The position numbers were made by a program, and so were the translations under genes. The notes below the pieces were generated by a model that did not search any database, was not told where the DNA came from, and was given only the letters and a program-made list of their open reading frames with translations. This document shows, one piece after another, positions 38,548-45,671 of a DNA stretch of 45,671 bases (position 1 is its first letter; every line of letters starts with the position of its first letter). Source of the DNA: Octopus bimaculoides (lineage: Eukaryota); the NCBI RefSeq assembly GCF_001194135.2, contig NC_068987.1:634831-680501 (forward strand), in the 5' to 3' direction.

Positions 38548-38725
38548 AATTTTTGCACAAGGCCAGCTGTTTGTGGGTGGGTGGGGAGTTAGTCGATTAT
38601 ATCTACCCCAGTAACCAGCTGGTACTTATTTTATCGACCCCCAAAAGGGCGACAGGCAAAGCTGACCTTGGCGAAATTTGAACTCAGAACGTAAAGCCAG
38701 ACGAAATGACGCTGAGCATTTATCA
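38548..38725 (-). mobile_element. Octopus SINE fragment
   Basis: TTTTTGCACAAGGCCAGC...TAGTCGATTATATC..CCCCAGT..CTGGTACTTATTTTATCGACCCC...GAAATTTGAACTCAGAACGTAAAG. Confidence 0.85.
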
Positions 38726-39684
38726 CAAACTACAACACAGACATCACACCAGCCAACGTCACCACCACCACCACCACCAATAACAACAACAGCAGCAACA
38801 ACATCAACATAATTAATAGTGGCCACAGCAAAGAAAAGGCAATAACGATAATATGAATGAAAACAATATCAATAGCCACAACAATATGACAACATTACAA
38901 TAACAACAGTACTACTTATGGAAACCACAGCAACAGCAATGTCTGTAACAACCACTATAACAACAGCAATAATAATCAGAACAACAACAATTATAAACAA
39001 ACAACAACAGGAACACATAGAAGTGAAAATGCCTCTAAAATGCTGGAGTTCGTTAATGAAGTGAAATAATTAATTAGTGATTATTCCTGCTCCTCATGAC
39101 GTATTCCAGTGAAAGTATTTACTTGTTATAGCTTCCGGTGAGAAGACAACACTACGTCACCTGTCATTCGGTGCGATTTCAATAAAGTTCCTGAGCAAAT
39201 GATTTCCTTCGGTACGACTCACTCTCTCCCCACCTCAAACACAAAAGCAAAGGCGTAGATACACCTATACAAATATACATACTTCTCCAATTACCCCCAT
39301 AAGCAAACACTTATGTACTTTGTATGTATGTATGTATGTATGTATGTATGTATGTATGTATGTATGTATGTATGTGTGTGTGTGTGTTGCATCATTTTAG
39401 CATTAAAACCCCTGATTTGTTTCAGATAAATATACACAACAATACAGATACATACGAAAAAACTTTTGGAAATGGATTTGATTATCACTGATACTGTTTT
39501 TTTCTTTTCTTTCAAATTTATTTCGCTCTGTTAATGCCTTCTAGCCTATTTCATCGTGTACGACACATTATACATGGATATGTATTTCACATCATGTGGT
39601 TTTAAGAGTTTAAGGTGGTAAACTACAATGGAATCAAATGTTACAGGTTATCCGCCGTGCGTACACAGCACATTATATAAATAC

Positions 39685-39771
<87 letters not shown>

Positions 39772-39819
39772 CACACACACACCGTTATATAAACGAAGAC
39801 TAGAAACTAGATAAAACAC

Positions 39820-40130
39820 AGAGAGTTATGAATTGGAATATCATTGCAGGAGCATATCCAAATCGAAGTAATTCGAGAAAGAACTGCAGTGAACGATGTG
39901 ATCATGGAACGTCGAAAACAAAAGATCCATTCTGCCGGACGTGTTCTAAGGCTCACAAACAACAGGTGGACATAAGTAATTTATCACCTGGTATCTAAAA
40001 AAATAGAGGAGACCACACAGAAGACTGCTAAAATGAATGAAAAGATGACATAATCTCCCAAATTCGGGATCAAATAGAAGAGTAGGGCATAATCAAGTGC
40101 AGAATGGAAGTGCATTGTGGACAGCGATGT
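39820..40130 (+). mobile_element. RTE-type LINE 3' remnant
   Basis: SLQEHIQIEVIRERTAVNDVIMERRKQKIHSAGRVLRLTNNRWT resembles the RTE C-terminal motif L.D.I.N..IR.RT.V.D......K..WAGHV.R..D.RW. Confidence 0.7.
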
Positions 40131-40345
40131 ATATTAAATTTTCTAGAATAAGAATCTTCTGAAGGGAAATATCTACTAAACAGAGAAACATTCTAACTAC
40201 AGAAGTAGAAATCCCAATTAGATGTGGATAATTATATCATGAAATGCGTCGCGATCCATTCCGACAATTTATTAGTCTCCGCGAGACCAGAATATACAAA
40301 ACTCCATCCGGTATGTATAATACATGGTTATTGTTGACTATAGAT

Positions 40346-40382
<37 letters not shown>

Positions 40383-40505
40383 CATCACCTTTCGCATTTA
40401 TACCATTGAAACTAAAATTAAAGTGTACCTATTAATATCTTCCTAACTGAGCGTGTATACGTGTATACATGTGTATACATGTGTATACATGTGATGTGTG
40501 TGATG

Positions 40506-40628
40506 GAGTAAGGGTGACTGAGTGGTTAGAGCATCACATAGAACGCCGCGTGGTATTTGTTTCAAATCCCTGCTCTCCCAGTTCAAATCACAGTTAGCTC
40601 AACTTTCAGGATCGATAAATAAAGTACT
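40506..40628 (+). mobile_element. Degenerate tRNA-derived SINE
   Basis: GGTGACTGAGTGGTTAGAGCATC A-box-like head, then CAGTTCAAATC, and GGATCGATAAATAAAGTAC from the SINE core. Confidence 0.65.
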
Positions 40629-40971
40629 TGGCAAAGGCATGACATAAAATCTTTATTTCGTTATTTTGTCTCTGGCCTTCCTGGGGAATTCATTTTCAAG
40701 GAAGTCGTTGACAATCGCTCATATCATTTTAAGATGTCAGAAAGGAAAGCAGACTGAACGCTGTCATTCTTCTCACATCTTTTTTTACCATCTCCAATTT
40801 CAGTGCCAAAGAAATTTCTTTACCAGAATGTTTTCTCTCGTTGTTGCTATTCGATTGAATCCCCAACAGTGACATTATTTGTTCTTTATTCATCCTGAAT
40901 ATCGATAGAACGAGCAGATGACATTAACTCTTGCAGTAGCGTATGTAAAACACTGTTGCTGCCTGGTCGGA

Positions 40972-41071
<100 letters not shown>

Positions 41072-41239
41072 ATCTATCGTCAACAAAAGTAAACTAACAC
41101 TAATTAAAATAATTACCCAGTACTTTGTAACCATTAAGCTAATTATGTGTCTGTCCACTCTCGTACACAAGTGTAATTATCAATATACCCAATTTCCTCT
41201 TATTGTTGTTTTAAAACATTTTAAAGATAATTTTACTCG

Positions 41240-41470
41240 TTGTCCGTCAGTATTTCGGTGAATAAACACAGGAAGTTTACAGCAAAGTTTAAACTACAAA
41301 TAATTGATGCTGAGGGAAGCAATAATGGACAAGTCATAGGAATGTTTGGAATAGAAAGGAGCAATGTCTGTGATTGGGGGAATGAATGGACAGACGTTGG
41401 AGAATGCTGTGTCGTCATACGACAGCGTTCATTCTCGAAAATACTGAAAATGGCCAAAGCTGGCAGTTAG
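41240..41470 (+). mobile_element. pogo/Tigger-type transposase N-terminal HTH remnant
   Basis: RKFTAKFKLQIIDAEGSNNGQVIGMFGIERSNVCDW resembles the pogo DNA-binding motif R.FTA.FKL.V...AE...N....R.FG.....V..W. Confidence 0.7.
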
Positions 41471-42262
41471 TATTGGTAAATCGAGGTCTGGAACTGGTAC
41501 AGGATGCTTTCTTTTATCATGTAGTCTTAGGTAGAGTAGTGTTGAGAAAGCTACGGGACAGGCACGGTTGGATTGTCTTTGGTCAAAGATTAAGTATGCC
41601 TAGTCGATTGGAGCTGACTTGAGGCCAAACAACAACAATGTGGAATCGATAGAGAACAAACCAACTTGAGGCAGAGAAGAAATATTTCTGATGAAGAACT
41701 TCAATTACAAACAGCATCCATTACCACTGCGATGACGACGGCGACGACGATAATAACAAAAACAAAAACAACAACAACGGCAAATACGACGACGATGACG
41801 ACGACGCCGACTAAAGACAAGGATCGTTTGCGTGGCTTCACTTTGAATTATCCATAACGCTCCCAGTCAAATGAAATGCGTTAATATTAGAAACGATTAT
41901 TTCCTTTTTTCTGTGAATTTTTGAATGCGAAAATTTGGTCGGAAATCGAGGGACCTGGTAGAAGACGATCAGGAGGTAGAGTGGTATGAGGTGAGAGAGA
42001 GAGAGAAAAGGAAGGAGGGGGGAAAGATACATAAAGGAGACAATGTGAGGGGTGAGACAATGATTAAGAAGACTGAAACGAAGAGTATGCGTATGTTTCT
42101 ATGTTTATGTGTGTATGTTCCTGTGCGCCTGTGTGTATGTACCATTGGATATAGATATATAGATATATATGCATAAACACACAGACACATACATATATAA
42201 ATACCTTTTCCCTTCTCTTTCTTTCTCCGACTGACTCTTCCTGTTTACAATATTTTTTCTTC

Positions 42263-42295
42263 CTGACGAAGGACTAATGTCCGAAATATTAGGAC
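42263..42295 (+). ncRNA. Degenerate hammerhead ribozyme motif
   Basis: CTGACGA-A-GGAC(taat)GTCC-GAAA: core and stem II intact, stems I and III decayed. Confidence 0.45.
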
Positions 42296-43689
42296 ATATT
42301 CTCTTTCCTTGAACGCGTCCATCAAATATGTTTTTGCTAAACCTTATGGCCCTTGTGTTTACACAACATACATATACGCAACTATGTATGAATGTATGTC
42401 ATTATTCAGTTTATTTCAAAATTTCTTGCCAATAGAGAAAGAGCCGGTTTCTAACCTAGTTCCATGGCTCCTTCATTGCAATTTCAACATCAACAACAGG
42501 GTATTTGTGCATGTGTACATGACGATTTGTATATTCTGTTTTATGTATGTCTTCTCAAGCATATACTTGTATATCTAGGCATACTCATATATATTTAAAT
42601 GATAAAATGTATGTATGTACGCATGTCTCTTCTATTATTTTTAATTATTATAAATCTTCCACTGAGGAGGGAGCCGGTTTCCAACAAACATTCCGTCTTT
42701 GGGATGTAATTAACACAGACAAATTCACATTTGGAACTTGAGAAATGTCTTGCATATTTGTACTGTTCCACTCACAGATTGGACTTGTAATGTACGAATC
42801 AGCCGGTTAATTTCTCTTTTTGAAAATCCCAATTTATCCAGATTCTCATTTAAGCAATTACTAACAAAACCTAGTGCTCCAATTATTATTGTATGAAGAT
42901 AAATTCATAGTCTGGAGTCAGACACTTGCCAGAGAGGGCTGCTGATTGGAGACCATATCTGAAGCAGCAGGATTCTGACCTCATATTTTATGAAATCTTC
43001 GATTTTATATAAAATAAAGAGTATTGCAGGAAATATTGCAACTATTATCGTGTGCTTATCTTGGCATATGGTATCCCAAAGCTCGTTAGACTATAAAATC
43101 AGTTAACTTTTAATTTCGATATCCAGCATAAAAGGGCTATGACATTAAACAATTCTTCGTTTAGGAAAGGTACGTTTGATTGTACTACCAAGTTTTGAAA
43201 ACCCCCTCGATTATTCCGATATAGTTTATTACAGTCATATCATTATTAGTATTTTTACTGTTTAGTTTACTGATATTTCTTACTGCTTTTCTAAGGTAGC
43301 TACGTTTAAGGAGACACCGTTTCTATTATGTTTATTATAATTAGAAGCTTATTTAAATGAGATATGTTGAATTTTGGTCCTGAAACTCTTGGTAACCTTG
43401 ATTGCGTTATGATTGAATAATTGACAGAACATGTCTGTTAATGAGAAATGCTTTTCAATGAAAGTTGACACGTGTTTTGTTATATTGCTGTTGACATTCA
43501 GAGAAACGTGCATTAAACAATGTTATTTAAGTAGAATTTAGGGTCTTGGCACTGGAGGGGATATTATCACTAAAACCGCTATTATTTTTGGCATTATTGT
43601 AATAACAGTTTTGTCAAATATTCATTTATTTCATGATGCATCAGAGAATGTTTCACTTATGTTATTAATTTGATTTTCGGAAACGATAT

Positions 43690-44800
43690 ACATCAAGTTT
43701 CTTCAAAACGATATCTCTCAAAACGACACAAAGGCCAATCCTCGCATGCATAACGATATCGATAAGGACGCTGAAGGTTAAACAACGGAACGGAAACTAG
43801 GCTCGAGTATGGAATGTTTCGTCAAGCGTGAAACATACATTACATTAAAAGATATCAAAGAAAGCATCAATCCCAATGCAAATTGGATTAATTAATAGAC
43901 ACACTCTAGATTATATAAATGCCAAAACTGGAAATCTACAACCGACAATGGATTAATAGCAACGGAATAGTCTATTGGATCAATGTTTTTAGTAACAAAA
44001 GTAATTGAAGATTTAATGAATTCAATATAATTTAGTTTTATCCGTCCATCTCTTAACATGTACTGGATGGCGCCATAATATTTGCTAAGAAATATTGCAC
44101 AATAAACGATAATGACGTACAAATAATCATGCGTGCCAGAAAGACAATGTTTGATAAAAAATCCCTCTGGGTGAGAAAGGAAGTATGGCTACATATCTTA
44201 GAAATTCAAAGAATAATTTTCTAAACACTGGATATAGGTTTACACTGAGCTGATGGCTTAGCAATCTCGCACCATTCTAGTGATCAAAAGTGTTATACAT
44301 TTTGAAAAGATTTAACCGATTCCTTCAATGGCTTAAGTTTTAAATTTACAATATTCACAAATATGAATAATTTCAATTTTAGAAAATATATCATTCAATT
44401 TAATGGGGAACAGATGCCATTCCAACCATAATGGAAAACATTTATGCATAAGAAAGTATCTTTCCGTACCGTTCCCAAAACACAAAAATAGAATGTCTGG
44501 CTTATCAAGGGAACACAGAAATCTCCAACAAACCCGTCATGACAATAACAAAGCGTAAACAATAACCGGTTCAATGATGAGATTCACCCAAAATACTAAA
44601 CGTATCAAAAAGTAAACAAGCCTTAATATTATGGGATGGAATCGACTATTTTTCACTGAACAGCAAATTGTGGTTGGCCTACATTCACGCAAACTTCCTG
44701 TTAAATCATAAGAAACAGTAGTTATCAATCGTAATAAGATCAAGTCTAGCTACATTTGAACGCACAACATTAAAAAATATATTCTCCATACAACCTACTA
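43690..44800 (+). mobile_element. Decayed Penelope-like retroelement (RT region)
   Basis: MECFVKRETYITLKDIKES (43809 onward), IIMRARKTMF, DIGLH*ADGLAI (cf. GLYRDDGL) and an IKSSY-like segment appear in the order expected for a PLE RT. Confidence 0.8.
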
Positions 44801-44829
44801 AACAATCTGTCATTGATGAGGAGTTAATA

Positions 44830-45075
44830 TACAGGGTGGGCCATGGTGATGAGACACATTTTAAATGCTAATATCTTGGATTATAAAAATTACATAGACT
44901 ACCAAATATAATTATTACATAACTGATACACAGTTCAACATATTATCTGAGGTTTGAATCTTATATCCTGAATATGGTCACTACCATGAAGAGGACATTC
45001 ATGAGCTCACTTTCTCATATCAAGCAGCACGCTGCGACTGAGGACATCAACTGGAATGGCTGCAAAATCTCTCTA
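44830..45075 (+). mobile_element. Tc1/mariner-type element end
   Basis: TA followed by CAGGGTGGGCCA, a typical Tc1/mariner TIR start. No partner TIR is visible and the right boundary is approximate. Confidence 0.5.
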
Positions 45076-45160
45076 CAAATGCTTTGTTTTAGTTCTGCTG
45101 CTGTATGGGATTTTATTGCGTATACCCTATCCGTGAGTTAACCCCACAGAAAGTAGCCCA

Positions 45161-45370
45161 CTTTGTGTCTGTATTTGTCTTCCACTACCGCTTGACAACC
45201 AGTGTTGGTGTGTTTACGTTCCCCCGTTAACTGGCGGTTCGGCAAAAGAGATCGATAGAATAAGTACCAGGCTTCAAAAATAAGTTCTGGAGTCGTTTTA
45301 TTCGACAAAAAAATTCAAGGCGGTGCCCCAGCATGGCCGCAGTCTAATGACTGAAACATGAATTAAAGAT
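45161..45370 (+). mobile_element. Octopus SINE, 3' half
   Basis: CCGCTTGACAACCAGTGTTGGTGTGTTTACGT...GGCGGTTCGGCAAAAGAGATCGATAGAATAAGTACCAGGC...GGCGGTGCCCCAGCATGGCCGCAGTC. Confidence 0.9.
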
Positions 45371-45416
45371 CAAAGATCAAAGATATGCAAGTGTGTATGT
45401 ATGCTTGTATGGATTT

Positions 45417-45671
45417 AGCTATCTACCTATATACAGCTATCTACCTATATACAGCTATCTACCTATATACAGCTATCTACCTATATACAGCTATCTACCT
45501 ATATACAGCTATCTACCTATATACAGCTATCTACTTATCTACCTATCTACCTCTACTTATATACCTATTCCTATCTACCTATATACCTCTTCCTATCTAC
45601 CTATATACTTTTCCTATCTACCTATATAACTCTACCTATCTACCTGTATGCTTCTACCTATCTACCTATAT
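45417..45671. repeat. 18-bp minisatellite (AGCTATCTACCTATATAC)n decaying into a TATC/TACC repeat
   Basis: Six perfect units from 45417, then degenerate copies to the window end. Confidence 0.95.

Noticed and set aside
42380-42700. Repeated GAGCCGGTTTC motif (about 42442 and 42669), probably an interspersed-repeat remnant
   Set aside because: I could not assign a class or boundaries with confidence.
45417-45530. Direct repeats suggestive of CRISPR
   Set aside because: They are head-to-tail with no spacers, in a eukaryotic context; this is a minisatellite.

Overview
This is AT-rich animal DNA, not prokaryotic. It is packed with (AT)n, (CA)n, (GA)n and (TATG)n microsatellites, and has about a dozen N gaps, almost all beside microsatellites, which points to a short-read assembly. 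The interspersed repeats look like the tRNA-derived SINE families of Octopus, so I infer an octopus genome. Most of the window reads as intronic or intergenic. Nearly all ORFs in the supplied track are microsatellite or N artefacts, and I found no protein-coding gene I can name. Supportable features: about 10 SINE copies or fragments; three decayed Penelope-like retroelements; two near-intact and two decayed type-I minimal hammerhead ribozyme motifs; two RTE-like LINE remnants; a pogo-type transposase remnant; a Tc1/mariner end; a 285-bp foldback element; and several short candidate exons with good splice sites, mostly on the minus strand. The most interesting signal is a tandemly duplicated exon pair at 12.56-12.83 kb (minus strand). 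The copies differ largely by synonymous changes and are out of frame if spliced together, as expected for mutually exclusive exons of an unidentified gene. All exon calls come from reading by eye and need RNA-seq. No CRISPR array, rRNA or true tRNA gene was found.
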